Source: Felis catus (Eukaryota). Taken from it: DNA of 64,000 nt. A model generated the notes under the pieces. It saw nothing but the letters and a program-made list of their open reading frames with translations. It did no database searches and was not told the origin of the DNA. The position numbers and the translations under genes are program-made. The stretch spans positions 124,436,001 to 124,500,000 of the forward strand of contig NC_058368.1 of NCBI RefSeq assembly GCF_018350175.1, in the 5' to 3' direction. Every line of letters begins with the position of its first letter. The first letter of the stretch is position 1. Of the stretch, positions 1 through 13,784 are shown one piece after another.

Positions 1-984
1 GCAAATATTCATCTAGCTCCTGACCCAAGGACAATACACACCAATCCCCCACCCCCACCCCGCTCTTCCAGTCTGCCCCGTGGTACAGGCAGCAGCCCCA
101 AGTCTACAATTGAGCATACAGGGAGAGTGTGGAGGGGTCACCACAGTGCTTCCCCATGGCCAGAACAGCACATCTGGAGTCTGCTCTACAGATACTGGGC
201 CTCTCAACAGCTTCATGAGCAGATGGAGAGCCAGATACTCAGAACCATGTTCTTCTTGGAGGGCTGGGGGCTGGGGGCCTAGGTCCTATCAAGGGATGCC
301 ATGCATACTGCAAGCTGAGGGGAAGGACAGCAAACATTTGAAACCTTCACTGCCTTTAGCTCAACAGTTATTTATACCAGTTAACACTGGCCTTGGGAGG
401 ACAACTTCTGTGGCCTGGGCAGATGCCCAAGGCCCTTATCACCTGCTTTTGTGTACCTTCACCATTTGCAAAATTCCCCCGGCTGTTATCTCAACATTTG
501 TTCTCCTGTTTGTCTTCTGGAGGATAAAATATAGTTTCCACTGAAAGATTAAACAAAGACATCCTAAATGGAAACACTCATAGGGGACTTAAGATTGTAA
601 TTAAAACGTTGGCAGAATACCACATACCAGAGAAATTATCACCTTGCAACAAATATTGGGGTAAAATAACCCAGAATGAGGAAAATCTTTTTAAAGAACT
701 AACTACATCATGTATATATAAATCCATCAGCATTTTGTATGAAAGGCAGAAGGTCAGAAGTAACATACCTTTCGCTTATACTGTGCTCAGAAACAGTGTT
801 TCCCCCTAGGGATTCCACTGTTTTGTGTTATGCAGAATCTCCCTAGGCTGGAGGAAAGCCAGTGTTCCTAAATGTCAGCAGCACACCTCAGTTGTGGTTC
901 AAGCTAAAAATGTCCTGAGAACCACTGCTGCAAATTTCAGGTGCATTGCAAAAATAATTTCCTTGGATCCATATAAACATTCAA

Positions 985-1135
985 AATATTAGTAACATCT
1001 TCACTTTTTGGATGATGAACTGAGACTCCAAATGGATTGCTGGTTTTTCACGTGGCTAGTGAGGGGTGCTGCTGGCTCTAAACCCCAGTGGACTGACTCT
1101 AAATTCAGGTCCTTTTCTAAAATATTGTGCTGCCT
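985..1135 (-). mobile_element. MIR
   Basis: cactttttggatgatgaactgagactc core. Confidence 0.55.
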
Positions 1136-1512
1136 TTTAATGGAGGTAGAGACTCAGACTTGATTTCAATCAACTATTATATTAAATGCATGCTACTGAA
1201 TTGCTGTTGTTGTTATTCATATTTCTAACTGTCTTCTCAGGAGCATGGATCTTGTTACATAGAGGACACTTGGTTCCATGAGGTCACTGAGAGAAGGGTA
1301 TAGGTAGGAATTAAGGGAAATGGGTTCGTTTGCTTAACAGAGGGAAAGGATCATGGATCTCTCAGGGACAATAAAGAAGGTTGGGGAACAGGAGAGAGAG
1401 GTATTGGGAACTTGCGAGGCTTGAGTTATGTGACATGACACATTCATGTACTTGGACCCACAAGTCCCAAGCCTTGAGTACAATGTATTATTCACAAAAT
1501 GCTTACAGAGTG

Positions 1513-1514
<2 letters not shown>

Positions 1515-1554
<40 letters not shown>
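1515..1554. repeat. (TA)20 microsatellite
   Basis: Perfect dinucleotide run. Confidence 0.97.
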
Positions 1555-1556
<2 letters not shown>

Positions 1557-4144
1557 GTCAATTATACCTGGGTTGACAGAGACTGATGCAGAGACAGCAT
1601 ACATGGTCCCAGAAGTCAGAGGTAGAAAAGTCCATGACAGTGTAAGCTCCTCTCTGAATCAGCAGAACTCAAGGGCAAGGTTTGGGCTTTTCACAGATGT
1701 GGAACTAGAGCATTTACCCAGGCAACTGACACCATGGGGGCACCAGTTGACATCTGAAGCATAGGTACCTCGAGTGAGGGCAGAAACATTGCTGGGTTCT
1801 AGAATAGTTTTCAGGTATTGCAGGGAGGAGAATCAATTTGTGTCAGAGATAACCCAGCTTGAAGCTCTCTCAAAGGTAATCTAAAGATTTGTCTCCTTAT
1901 TTAAGATCCGCATAATATTTGAAGTAACTGATCATAATAGGATCATAACAGCAATTCTCTGAATAGAATTAAAAATGGTGAGTTTGGGATGTGATGGAGA
2001 CTCAGAAATAAATGGCTTAAAGCCATATTCAGCTAGTGGCCCCAGAACTGTCACTTCTAGAAGCAGGGAGAAGCCAACCATTTCAGGTTGTTATCTGTAA
2101 TGAAGACAAGGTGGTTATATAACTCCAGATTTCACTAAAATAATAAAACCACAGAAAGTGACTAAATCCATATATGGAATGAGGACCAAAGTTAAGCATA
2201 ATTATCCAGTTAGGATTATTATACCTTAGGATTCTCGTATAAACATCCAGTTTGTTCTCAATAAAAATGTGGTGAAACCTGGCTTGTATTCCTTTGGACA
2301 TACCAGTCTGTTCTTGTTTCATGCTGATCTGCTCTGGCTCGCTGCTTTCTTGTATTCAAGACCTTATTACTGCTTAGAAAAGGTTCTTTATCTTTGCATG
2401 TTCAGTAATCTTTATGTGAGAAGCAGGAGAGGGTGGCCCCTGGTTGCTTGCCCAGTGCTGCAGCCAGGAGTCTCAGTGAGCTTTGCACCTGAGTGCTGCC
2501 CCCCAGGGGATCTCTGCTGTATAGCTTTGCAGCCATTGGGAGCGTGCTCATCCACTCCAGGCCAATAGGCACCACCTCAAGGCCCCCAGTGGTCCAAAAA
2601 GTTCAGAGAGTGGAATAAAAGAAAATCCATTACTAGTGCCAAATTTCGTTACCTTTTTCTACCCTGAGGTTTCCAGAGGGGGTCTCTCAAATCCTCTCAA
2701 ACCCTTGTGGTCCCAATCATCTTGTCTAACCTCTTCCACCAAGGCAAGCTTTGGCCTGACATATTCCAGACACAATTAGTCAGTGTTTGACTCTCATTCA
2801 AATAATAATAAAAAAAATCAGACGGGCATTGTGTTCTTTGAAGATGAACTTGATAGGCATGAAATCTCAAAAGAAATCCTTCAGGCATGAAGCCTAGGGT
2901 CCTCAGTGGGTCTCTCCCTGATTCCTGGGCAGTGCTTGCCTATCACAGCCAGCACAGAATGAGGGAACACTCTACCCAGCTTCCACCCTTTCCTCGGTGG
3001 CTCTGGATTTGGAACCTGTTCAGGATCCAGAGGCTTATAAGGAAATACACAGAAAAGGAGCACAATTATTGCTCAAAAATGAAATTCTCAGGTTCCCTGA
3101 ATTTAAAGGGGTTCAGAAAATATCCCAGAAATCACAGTAACATGGTGTTTAGAGACAAGTGTTTAGAGACAAGGCCCCCACACAGTTATAACAATTGAGA
3201 ACGGGGTATTTACAGAATGCTATCAGAGTCCCAAAATACCAAGAAAAAAAATACAACCTTAACTTAACATCTTTATCTAAATAAACCCTCGACGTCCATA
3301 AGTGAGTCCTTTCTGGACTCTGAAGCATGGATTTGAAATATGCATGGCACAGCAATCCACCCAAGCCAAACTGGCCTTTTGGCAAATATGAAGTTTTTCT
3401 GGTAAATGTTAATAGCCTCCAACCATTAGAAGTGAGAATGGGGGCGCTTATGTGTTCCTTTCCCCACAGCCTTACTACCAGGAGTTGTATTATAATGAAA
3501 ACAACTTTTAGACAATATTCTGACAACACCTAGACGTTAGGTGTTGTAAAATAGTCTTAAAACTTCTCTGTAGCTGAGAAGTCCCACCCTTTACCCTTGG
3601 GCCCTCTCTTACCTGGATCTGCTGTTCAGTATTTCCAATAAAAAGGCTTAACTGAATTTGAGGCAAACATATTCTGATGGCAGGTGTGGCCAGCTTGGTG
3701 CTGTGTCAGGCACAGGGCACTCTGTGGCAGAGTGGAAGAATTGAGGGCCAATTAAGAGGTCTAGATCTCAAGTCTGAACCATTTGTAGTCAGCAAGCTGG
3801 GCTTGCTACGTGCTTCTACTTCATCCACAGAAGGGTGGTGGTTCCTTCCTGACACTACTAGCCAACCACCTATTTTGAATACTACTCATTTCACCAATTA
3901 AAAAACTATTTTAAACATCCCTAATGCTAATTGGTAAGCCCTCTCGTGCAGGTTTGGTTAATTGTATTTACAATGCCAAGTAACCATCTTGGAAGATGTT
4001 GATTCTGGCTAGGGTACTTCATATGCTGGTTAACCACTTCTACAGGGTAGCTCCCCAAGATGTGGTATTTTAAAGGCTAGCTAACTGCAGTTAAGTTAGA
4101 GTTAACTGGTAAATACAATATGACACAATGTTCATATTGAAATA

Positions 4145-4343
4145 CTAAACATCTTTTTAATGTTTATTTTTTATTTTTGAGAGAGAGAGAGCAGGGGAGG
4201 GAGAGAGAGGGAGACACAGAGTCTGAAGCTGGCTCCAGGCTCCACACTGTCAACACAGAGCTTGACGTGGGGCTCAAACCCCCAACTGTAAGATCATGAC
4301 CTGAGCCAAAGTCAGACGTTTAACTGAGCCACCGAGGCACCCC
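4145..4343 (-). mobile_element. Can-SINE
   Basis: tRNA-derived head, (CT)n and AT tail. TSD CATATTGAAATA at 4133-4144 and 4344-4355. Confidence 0.95.
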
Positions 4344-4684
4344 CATATTGAAATATTTTAAAGTAAAATGCCACACAGACAACATAACACATGAGAACAG
4401 TAAAAAGGCAAGGGAAGGTAAATGAGAGTTGGAAGCAAGGGAAGCAGTCTTGACTAACTGACTTTCTCCTTTGTTTATGAGAGCATGAATCCTACTTCAA
4501 TAGGGTGCTGAGTGTCATGGAAGGACAGGCTCTCTTTGCTGGAGATTGGTTTATTTTATATGAAATAAATCTTAATTGGCCTCTTCCTAGAACTTTTTTA
4601 TTTTAAAGATTAGAATTTCACTGGCCCAGAAGTATCCAGAATAAATCAGACAACTGTACTCAGAGATTTAGAAAGAGAATTTGA

Positions 4685-4892
4685 GGGATGCCTGGGTGGC
4701 ACCAGTTGAGCATTCTGACTTCAGCTCAGGTCATGATCTCAGGGTCTGTGAGTTTCAGCCCCACATCAGGCTTGCTGCTGTCAGCACAGAGCCCCATTTG
4801 GATCCTTGGTACTGCCCCCTCCCCCCGCTCCGTCTCTGCCCCTCCCTCGCTGACGCTACCTTAAAAATAAATATTAAAAGAAAAAAAAAGAA
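4685..4892 (+). mobile_element. Can-SINE
   Basis: gggatgcctgggtggc head. TSD AGAAAGAGAATT(T/C)GAGG at 4670-4686 and 4893-4909. Confidence 0.95.
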
Positions 4893-7800
4893 AGAAAGAG
4901 AATTCGAGGCAAGGGTCACAGAAATGAGTCTGTTTCAACCAATTCTGTATCTCCACTCTCCTCTGGTGCTTCTGAAAAGCAATCTAAAAAATTCTAGTAG
5001 AGAAACATCTAAAGGTGAAGAAGCATATTTCAAGTGTGTTATCAAAATTCCACTGATTAACAGGAAAATGTTATTGGTTGATCCGGGCTGAAGGGTAAAA
5101 CTTTATCAGTATTTTAAGACATTCACCCAAGTTGTAAACAATTGTTCTTGCTGCCTCAAATCCTTTTACAGTGCCTCAAATCCCTTATAGAACGTGGAGT
5201 ATAAATAAAAAACATACATAGGCACTTGTGTGCACACACACACACTCTTCTAAATATCTCTTATACAGTCAACATCACTGATACTTTATTTTAATACAAG
5301 GTTTAAAATGAAAATCAGGCAATGAAAGTCTTAAAATAATTTCAAATTAAACCTTGTTAGTTTTGAAATTATGTATTCACCAAACACCAAGTGACCTAAA
5401 CTTTTGAGATTAAATCTCTTCTATAGAATACAATTCAATGAGTTTTTCCCATTTTGACTCCTTTTTGGAAGAAGATAGGGTGGAAATACATACAATAAAA
5501 ACAACAAAATCACATAATTATAAGAGCAAACAAATCAATGCCTCAATCTTATGAAATAGCTCAGCCAACCCTCAAGACTTCATTTTGCTCGGCTTTCTTT
5601 CAGCAGCTTTGATCTCCTAGATGTTGTATGGCCTCTGAAAAATCGCAGAAATAAATCAAAACGCAATTCAAAAGGTACCAAGGGCAAGAACAGTGATCGT
5701 ATTTTTGGTTTCACTGAGCTAAGACATTAGTAGGTTTTGGCATTAATCTACCCGCTGGTGCCAGGATAGCTTTTTCAAGCATCAGGGTTTTTAAAGAAAC
5801 AAAACCCCAAGAGCCAGATGGTCAAGATATCCACATTTGATGTGCACGGCCTGCCTATAGGGAGGTCTGTGTAGAGTAAACTATTGCCCGAATGATATGG
5901 CAAAAGGACCCCACAAAATCCCCGTCTTCAAAATATCTCCCTTATTACCCTGTAATGGGTGCCCAAGCTTCTACCATTAAACATTTTATTTGTTGTATTT
6001 AAGATAGTGATTTTCTAACTCCTTTAAGCTGCCAAAACTCTTCTTATCCATTGATTTTATTCAGAGGTCTCATAAACAAAACATAAAAGCACAGATGCTG
6101 TAGTTGAAAGAGAAGACCCATCGGATCAGGCCCACACTCCTGAGACACATCTGCACACTGCTACAACTCACTGAAGCACATTTGAAAAACCAATGGGTTA
6201 AGACAGAGTTTCCCAACTGATGTGCACAGAAGAGTTATAGAAGTTGAACATTATTGATCCCTTTGAGCCCTCCATGGCCCACTGTCTCTCACTTTCATTT
6301 ATTCCAGTGTGTGGAAAAAATATTGTATGTGCACTGGACATGAAAACAGGTTGGGGAGATCTAGGCAAAGACAGTGTGCTCCAAGAGAGGTTATAAAACT
6401 ATATTAGTGCTGGTTATTAACACTTTAGCATGGACCTTCCCTCCCTCCCTCAAATTCTCAATGTAAAGGGAATATATATCAAGGAAATTAGGGAGATGAA
6501 GGAAAACCAGCACTCTTAGGAAAGAAAGAATTGAGTAGGAGGCCATAGGAGAATGCTGGAAGCAGGCTTCTGGATGACCTGGAAGCCAAAGGTATGACAC
6601 TAAGACAAGGGAAAAGGACACTCTGAGGAATGGAGAGGGCCTGCCGTGAAGGCCTTACTTTGCTACCTGGTGAGGATAAGCCCTGCTCCCCAGTGTCAGC
6701 TCAGCCTATGTTGAGATCATGCACTCAAACACATATTTTATTTCTGAGAGATTTTCACAGTGGAAGTGCCCATTTGGGAGACCCATGTAAGCGGTTCGTT
6801 CACCTGGAAGAAGGCAGACTTGAGTTTTGAAAGGGTCAATGAGTAATTCCCAGTGGAGACCCGTCACAGAAGAAGACAGGCCCTGACAGCCTCCGACTGA
6901 AAAAACAAAGCTGCTTCCCACCTCCTCCCTCCCCAGCATCCTGTCCTCTTCCCTCATTTCTCAACTTCTTTTCCCATCGTTGTGACTCACGAGTGTCAGC
7001 CACTGGAGCTGCTCTCCATTTCGCAGCCCTCAGAGATCTCATTGTGAGCCCTTTCTTCTCATCCCCATCCACTTACTGTCGGGCACCAATCCAGACACGA
7101 TCCCTTCTCCAAAGGCGCCCCCTGAGGTGCAGCTTCCTGGCAGGCACCTTCCACAGGCAAAAATGATTTGCCTCTGAGGACTGATTCGCCAGACGGACAA
7201 TCTGAGGTTTATGGTTTTCCAGCAAGGCGTTTCACAAAACCTTGCCAATGCCCCTTTTGCCATTGGCCAATTCCCTTTCACTGGCTCTCCCTGCCTGTCA
7301 TCTGCTTTGTCAGCCAAAACCCTTTTCATTTTTCTCAGCTTCATCTTGGACTCAGGCCTAGGAAGGCCTGTCAAGAAGATTCCTGACGTACGAAGTTTTA
7401 TGACTCTTCCACCACCATCCTGAGAGGCACCCCTTGTTCTTCACCTCTGTGTGTTTCAGAGGAGTGCATTCTTGTGTCTTACATAGAGCGTATTTGACTG
7501 AAATTCCAAATGCATAATAGCACACATAATTATTTTCAAATGAGAATTAAAATCAAATGATGTGACAAAACGATGGAAACAGAATCCTCAAGAGAAATTT
7601 AGGGGAAAGGGAGAAACAAGAGGAAGTGAGACTAAAATAGAGAATGTCCTTGTACAAAACTGAAAATCTTTAGGGAGAATCAAAAACTACACCCAAAAAG
7701 GTGTAGTTGTTTAAGATTCAGGAGGCCTTGACCCTCGTCTGAATCCACTCGTCATCTAAGCCCTTCTTCTGAACACTCTGGGCCTGTCCCAAACGCACTT

Positions 7801-7974
7801 GCCTTTTTCTTCCCAAATTGCTCGTTATTTCTCAGCACGACCTCTCTGCGTCAGCGAAGTATACTGCTCGCTGCTGTTGCTCAAACACAACTTGCTGTAT
7901 CCACCCGAAACACTTGCCAAGCATAGTTTTCTTCCCATGGAACAGGCCTGGCACCAATTTAGCTTTTGTTTGTC

Positions 7975-8215
7975 TAATTGAACACTTATTGAGGCTTACT
8001 AGGTGCCAAGCATGTTACATGCGTTATCTCATTTAATTTTCATAACCACCCTGTGAGATAGGCATCTTACTGTCCCCATTTGAAAATAAGGACACATGAG
8101 GAAACGAGCTGAGGAAGTTGAAGCCATTGGCTCAAGGACTGAGTGACAAGAACAGCATTCTGACCTAAGGGAGGTCTGACCAGAGAGCTCAAGCTCTGAA
8201 CCACAGCACTCTCCC
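7975..8215 (-). mobile_element. MIR
   Basis: cacttattgagg..gtgccaagca..tctcatttaattttcataaccaccctgtgagatagg. Confidence 0.75.
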
Positions 8216-8368
8216 TCATTGGCTCCTCCTTTGCTCAATGAGTTTAATGTTTAATGAGTTTAAAGTTTAAACTACTTTGAAATTTGGGACAGAAATGACC
8301 ATCACTCTGTTGGCCTTGGAAAATACAACTCCCAAGCCCACTGCTGTTCAGATCAGCAGGAAAACCAA

Positions 8369-8371
<3 letters not shown>

Positions 8372-8400
<29 letters not shown>
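8372..8400. repeat. (CT)14 microsatellite
   Basis: Perfect run. Confidence 0.95.
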
Positions 8401-8405
<5 letters not shown>

Positions 8406-9068
8406 AGCAGACACTAACACTTTCCAGCTGCCAGACACTGGAAGAGGGAGGCAGCTGAAACCCAGGGGATCTGCAGAGAGTCTCTCTTTGCATGGCCAGG
8501 AGTGCATCCTGGCCTTGGCTTGAAGGCTGGTGGCTCTGTTTCCCATTCCCCAAGATTCAATGCAGAGCCCTCTCCAGGGATCTGCTGCAACAGTTCTTCG
8601 AGAGGAAATGAGGATAATCCTTTACCCTCCACCCTTTGGTGCTCCTCTTAGTCAAGAGATTTCCACACCAACCCTGGCCTGACTCGCAGTGAAACCGGCT
8701 TAGATTCACTCGGTCCTGAGGCTCCAGTCTACCCTGTGGGGAACAGGTTCCTCGGCTGTTCTCCTTTCAACCAGCTGGCTCATACATAGCAGGACTAGCC
8801 CCTCCCTCTTGTCTCATTCTTCCCTCAGAGTAGTTTTGTTTCAGAGGTTTCCTTGCCTTTTTTGGTTTTGGGTGGTGGTTGTGGTCACCCACTGCCCCTT
8901 AGTTCACCTCAAGAGATTTCAGTAACTTTGAATCACAGGGAAGAGGGGTTGGGGCTTTAGCTCCTTCCCTCACAGAAGATCCCTAAAGTTCTCACGCTAA
9001 TTTGCTCCCACCTCTCTCACACAAGTTCAAGTGCTTTTCAATATCTTTAAAAAAAATCAAACTTCACT

Positions 9069-9276
9069 GGGGCATCTGGGTGGCTCAGTCGGTTGAGCGA
9101 ATGACTTGGTTTCAGCTCAGAATGTGATCTCGTGGTTAGTGGGTTCAAGCCTCGCCTTGGGATCTGCACTAACAGCACGGAGCCTGCTTGGGATTCTCTC
9201 TCTCTTTCCTTCTCTCTCTGCCCCTCCCCCCACTTGCATGCATTCTCTCTCTCTCTCTCAAAATAAATAAACTTAA
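9069..9276 (+). mobile_element. Can-SINE
   Basis: ggggcatctgggtggctcagtcgg head. Degenerate TSD AAAAAAATCAA(AC/GT)TTCAC. Confidence 0.95.
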
Positions 9277-10235
9277 AAAAAAATCAAGTTTCACCTCACC
9301 CTGCTACAATCAGAACTCAGTTCTCAGGGGAAGCCTAACTACTTCACTGTTCCTTTGCTTCTACCACTTAGCTCTTAGATTAATTTTGGTCCCACAAGCA
9401 ACCTAAAGTTTGTGAACCCATCCAAGGCTGTTAGTACTCCTCAGAGCCCAATAATTGGTGTTCACTGACTAGGGCCCTGGAACAGTCTATATCTTCCTTT
9501 TTTCCCTTTTCCTTTTCTTAGCAATGTTTGGAGCAAGGATGAGTCTATTATTGGCAAGGATGTTTGGACTCTTCAAAGGAGAAATGTCAAAGGCAGGATC
9601 CTGTGGGGGTTGTAATTATTTTATTCTCAACCATCTTGCAGCCTTTCTGTACCAGACCTCTCATATGTAATATTATAATGTAGCTGAGTCATATTTCTAA
9701 GTATTTTATCTTCAACTGCATCCCCAAGGGACATAGGGAGCACAGACTAAAGATTCAGGATGAGCCTGGGAAGGTTCAGGCGCTTTAAAAAGAGCTGATG
9801 AGCATACATTTGGGAGAGATTCTCTTCCTTTTTCTGCTCTTCTTTCATCTGATCTCAGTTGGTGCCAGCCAGCTCCCAGCCTCCTGGCCCAGCTGCTGCC
9901 CTTGGCTGGATAAGTAGGGGCATTGTGGGGGGGAGGGGTATGTACTATTTCTCTTTAACCTCTGTATTCATCCTGCTTGATTACCATATACACCATGATA
10001 GGTTTTGCATTGCCAAGGCCAGAATGTATGAGGATGTTCCTTCCCCTTTGGGTATTCTATGTTTTGAACATAATACACTGTCAGGAGGAGGCACAGACAA
10101 TAAAAGTTATTTATTTCTTAATTAACTTCTGTTGCCAGGCATTTTACATACAGTGTCTTATTTAATCTTCACAAAAACACTGCAAAGGGGATTTTATTCC
10201 ATTTCTTTAGGAAATTAAAGACGAACAAGGATCAT

Positions 10236-11603
10236 GGGCCATAGTAACATTTTTTCTAGATATGTCTCCTGAGGCAAGGGAAATAAAAGCAAAAATAAAC
10301 TATTGAGATCACGTCAAAATAAAAAGTTTCTGCACAGTGAAGGAAATAATCTACAAAACTAAAAGGCAACCTACAAAATCAGAAAGGGTTATCCAATAAA
10401 AGGATAAAGAACTGATACAACTCAACTGATGTATAAAGAACTGATACAACTCAACACCCCCAAAACAAATAATCCAATTTAAAAAGTGGGCAGGAAACAT
10501 GAGCAGACATTTCTCCAAAGAAGATACACAGGTGGCCAACAGATACATGAAAAGATGCTCAACATCACTTATCATCAGGGAAATGTAAATAAAAACCATA
10601 ATGAGATATCACTTCACACCTGTCAGAATGGCTAAAATCAAAAACACAAGAAAAAACAATTGTTGATGAGGATGTGGAGAAAAAAGAACCCTCTTCCACT
10701 GCTGGTGGGAATACGAACTGGTACAACCATGGTGGAACAGTATGGAGGTCCCTCAAAAAGTTAAAATAGAACTACTCAATGTTCCAGTAATTACACTATT
10801 GGGTATTTACTCCCCAAATGCAAAAACACTAGTTCAAAGGGATACATACACCCCTATGTTTATAGCAGCATTATTTGCAATAGCCAGATTATAGATATAG
10901 CCCTAGTGTCCATCAATAGATGAATGGATAAAAAAGATGTTTATATATATGGGTATATTTATGAGTGAATAATATTCTATTGTATATATGTATATGTGTG
11001 TAAATAATATTCCATTGTATATATGTATATATACATATATTATTAGTATATATGTATGTATATATATTATAGTATATATGTATATATAATATATAATTAG
11101 TATATATATTATATATATGGATTATGTTATATGATTATATATATATGTATATATATGTGTATATATATATATACATACACACACACACACAATGAAATAT
11201 TATTCACCCATAAAAAAGAATGTAATCTTGCTATTTGCAACAATGTGTGGATGGAGCTAGAGAGTATAATACTAAGCAAAGTAAGTCAGTCAGAGAAAGA
11301 CAAATACAATATTATTTCACTCATGTGTATAATTTAAGAAACAAATTAACAAGGGGAAAAAAAGAGAGAGAAAGAAACAAACCAAGAAATAGACTCCTAA
11401 CTATAGAGAACAAACTGAGGGCAGGTGGGTGGGGCGATGGGTGAAATAGGTGATGGGGATTAAGGAGTGTACTTTCTGTGATGAGCACTGGGTGATGTAT
11501 GGAATTGTTGAACCACTATATTGTACACCTGAAACTAATATAACACTGTATGTTAACTATATTGCAATTAAAAAATTATTTTTAATTAAAAAAAGAAATT
11601 TTA
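10236..11603 (+). mobile_element. 5'-truncated carnivore LINE-1 (ORF2 end plus 3'UTR) inserted into a MIR
   Basis: L1 ORF2-end motifs (agacatttctccaaagaaga, atcagggaaatg), carnivore 3'UTR ending tatgttaactatattgcaattaaaa, and a degenerate TSD AACAAGGATCAT/AAAAAGGATGAT at 10224-10235 and 11604-11615. Confidence 0.92.
10940..11190. repeat. Expanded AT-rich (TA/TATG/CA) compound microsatellite inside the L1 3'UTR
   Basis: About 250 bp of degenerate TATATG repeats ending in (CA)n. Confidence 0.9.
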
Positions 11604-12565
11604 AAAAAGGATGATTAAGGAGCACCTAGTAAGTAGCTTAGCTAGCAAATGGTGGAGCAGGAATTTGAATCTGAAGTCCCACTGTCTTCCCACTGCTTGA
11701 CTCTTCCTAGTAGGTGGTGGCTTCTCACCTGAGCTACAGTCTTCCCTTGGGGGAGTTAGCCGAGGCAAAGACAGCATGCTTCTCTATTTGATTATCCTTT
11801 TTCAATCACAAAATATGAAAGAAGATAAATCTAAGTATTACGTACTATTACAATGTCACTTCAATGGATGACTAATTTTAACGCAAAACTAAACACTTCC
11901 CAATGTAATTAATTCATTCTATTTATTGAAGTATGGTAACATCTCACACTTGAATAAATCCTGAATTTCTAACTCATTCTCAGATTTTCAGTTTTGAAAC
12001 GTCTCCAGTTTCCCTTAATCACTAGAAAGTTCTGCAGCTTTGGTATCACCATTACACTGCCAGCATCTCTATAAGGGTTCTTCTAAAGTGATTAGAAGCA
12101 AGACAACTGTAAAAGTCAAAGCCTGTCTTTGCACCTATTGAAAGTGAATCATCTAATTGGATTATTGTAAGGATTAAATGAGTTACTAGATTCAAATTAT
12201 TTAGACAGAAAGATCTCAGTTAATTTTAACTATTATTATCAATAATGTTTTCAGCTGTCCTAAAAAAAGAGATGTATCCTTGACTACTTTCTAGTATTGC
12301 TATTCAGCTGCCAGTAGAAGACAACACTGCTTCATCAACTTGAGGGGCTACGTGGACCTGGGAGAACAGTGGCACAGTCCCACGTTTGGGCAAAGGACAG
12401 AATTAGTGTGGACAACTGGGTACTCCTTGGTAGTGTAATATGAGATTGCACTCAAAGGAGAGGGAGACTCTTTTGATCCAGCTCTGTCTTTTATAGTATA
12501 AGTTATCATCTTGTTATAATAAAAAAGGATCAAAATGCAGTCTTTCTAGAGAGGAGAAGCATTTC

Positions 12566-12775
12566 TTTTGTTTTTATTTACTCATTTTTTGAGAGAGACA
12601 GAGACAGCATGAGTTGGGGGTAGGTATAAAGAGGGAGAGAGAGAAAATCCCAAGCAGGCTCTGCACTGACAGTGCAGAGCCCAATGTGGAGCTCGAACAA
12701 TGAAACCACAAGATCATGACCTGAGCCAAAAACCAAGAGTCAGACCCTTAACTGATGAAGCCACCCAGGTGCCCC
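12566..12775 (-). mobile_element. Can-SINE
   Basis: Ends gccacccaggtgcccc. Degenerate TSD AGAGGA...CATTTCT. Confidence 0.93.
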
Positions 12776-13784
12776 AAGAGGAAACTCATTTCTAATTTCA
12801 GCAGCATGACTCCAGCCATGGAAAGAAAACTGCATCTTATATTAGAAGAAAATAAATAAAAATATTAGTAGTAGTTATCTCTGGATATTAAGACTACTAT
12901 AAACAGTTTTATTTAGTTTTGGGGGGCACTTCTCTATAACTTCCAAAATATTTGATGAGTATACTTTACTTCCACAATAAAAAAGTTAAAAAAAATAAAG
13001 TTACAGGAATTGTACAAATTGATACCCAAGGTTCCTTCTAGTTGGTCTATTTTCTGTCAACATTTATTTTTACGACAGCCCTTAGGTTCCCCCATCATTT
13101 TCTTTTGGATATACTAATGAGATGCCAAAATTAATGTTTATCTTAGTAAGCCTCATTTCAGGAGCAAAAACCTCATTCTTAACTTCTCTTCTGACAGTGT
13201 GCCTCTGGCTGAGACTAAAGCAGGGTAAATTGGACAGATTCTAGGAAAAACAATAGAGTTTATTGTAAATAAAACCCAAAAAAAGAGTACAGGAGTACTC
13301 AGCTCTAGACCAGGAAGCGTAACATTACTTGTTTGGGCTGAAGCTCCACAAGTCAGTCTATCTGACATCATCCTAATTTGTAACATTTTGCTCAAACACT
13401 TAATCCTTCCTAAAAACCTCTGCATTCTATTAAATGTCTCTATCTAATATTTTATGGACTTGTCAGCCTGCAGAACTCTTCCAAATCCTTGTAAGACAAA
13501 CTGAACTTTTAGACTGAAAAATGAACTCAAAAGACACCAGAAACTTCACGATCAAATGAGACGCTAATGGAAGATTAAAAAAAAAAAAAAAATCCTTCTC
13601 ATTGCATTTAGTTTTTTTTCTACACATAATTTGGAATATTCCTTTTTAGAAAATACACCCAGAAAGTCTTAGAATTAGTGACTGATTAAAAAAATGCTTC
13701 TCTAGGGGAACAAGTCCATTATTTACCCAAATCATTACTTCAATAATAAACAGGTGATGTGGTGCCACTTAAGGAATAATTACA

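Larger units (their letters stand above)
10125..11700 (-). mobile_element. MIR split by the L1 (10125-10235 and 11604-11700)
   Basis: tatttaatcttcacaaaaacactgc on the left; gctagcaaatggtggagcaggaatttgaa on the right. Confidence 0.65.

Noticed and set aside
80..544. 154-aa ORF
   Set aside because: GTG start, no recognisable domain, and a length compatible with chance.
3145..3172. 14-bp tandem duplication GTGTTTAGAGACAA (similar ones at 5152-5191, 15834-15862, 22311-22347)
   Set aside because: Ordinary slippage duplications with only two units, not arrays.
7685..7708. 9-bp stem hairpin AACTACACC/GGTGTAGTT
   Set aside because: A few stems of this size are expected by chance in 64 kb, and there is no supporting context.
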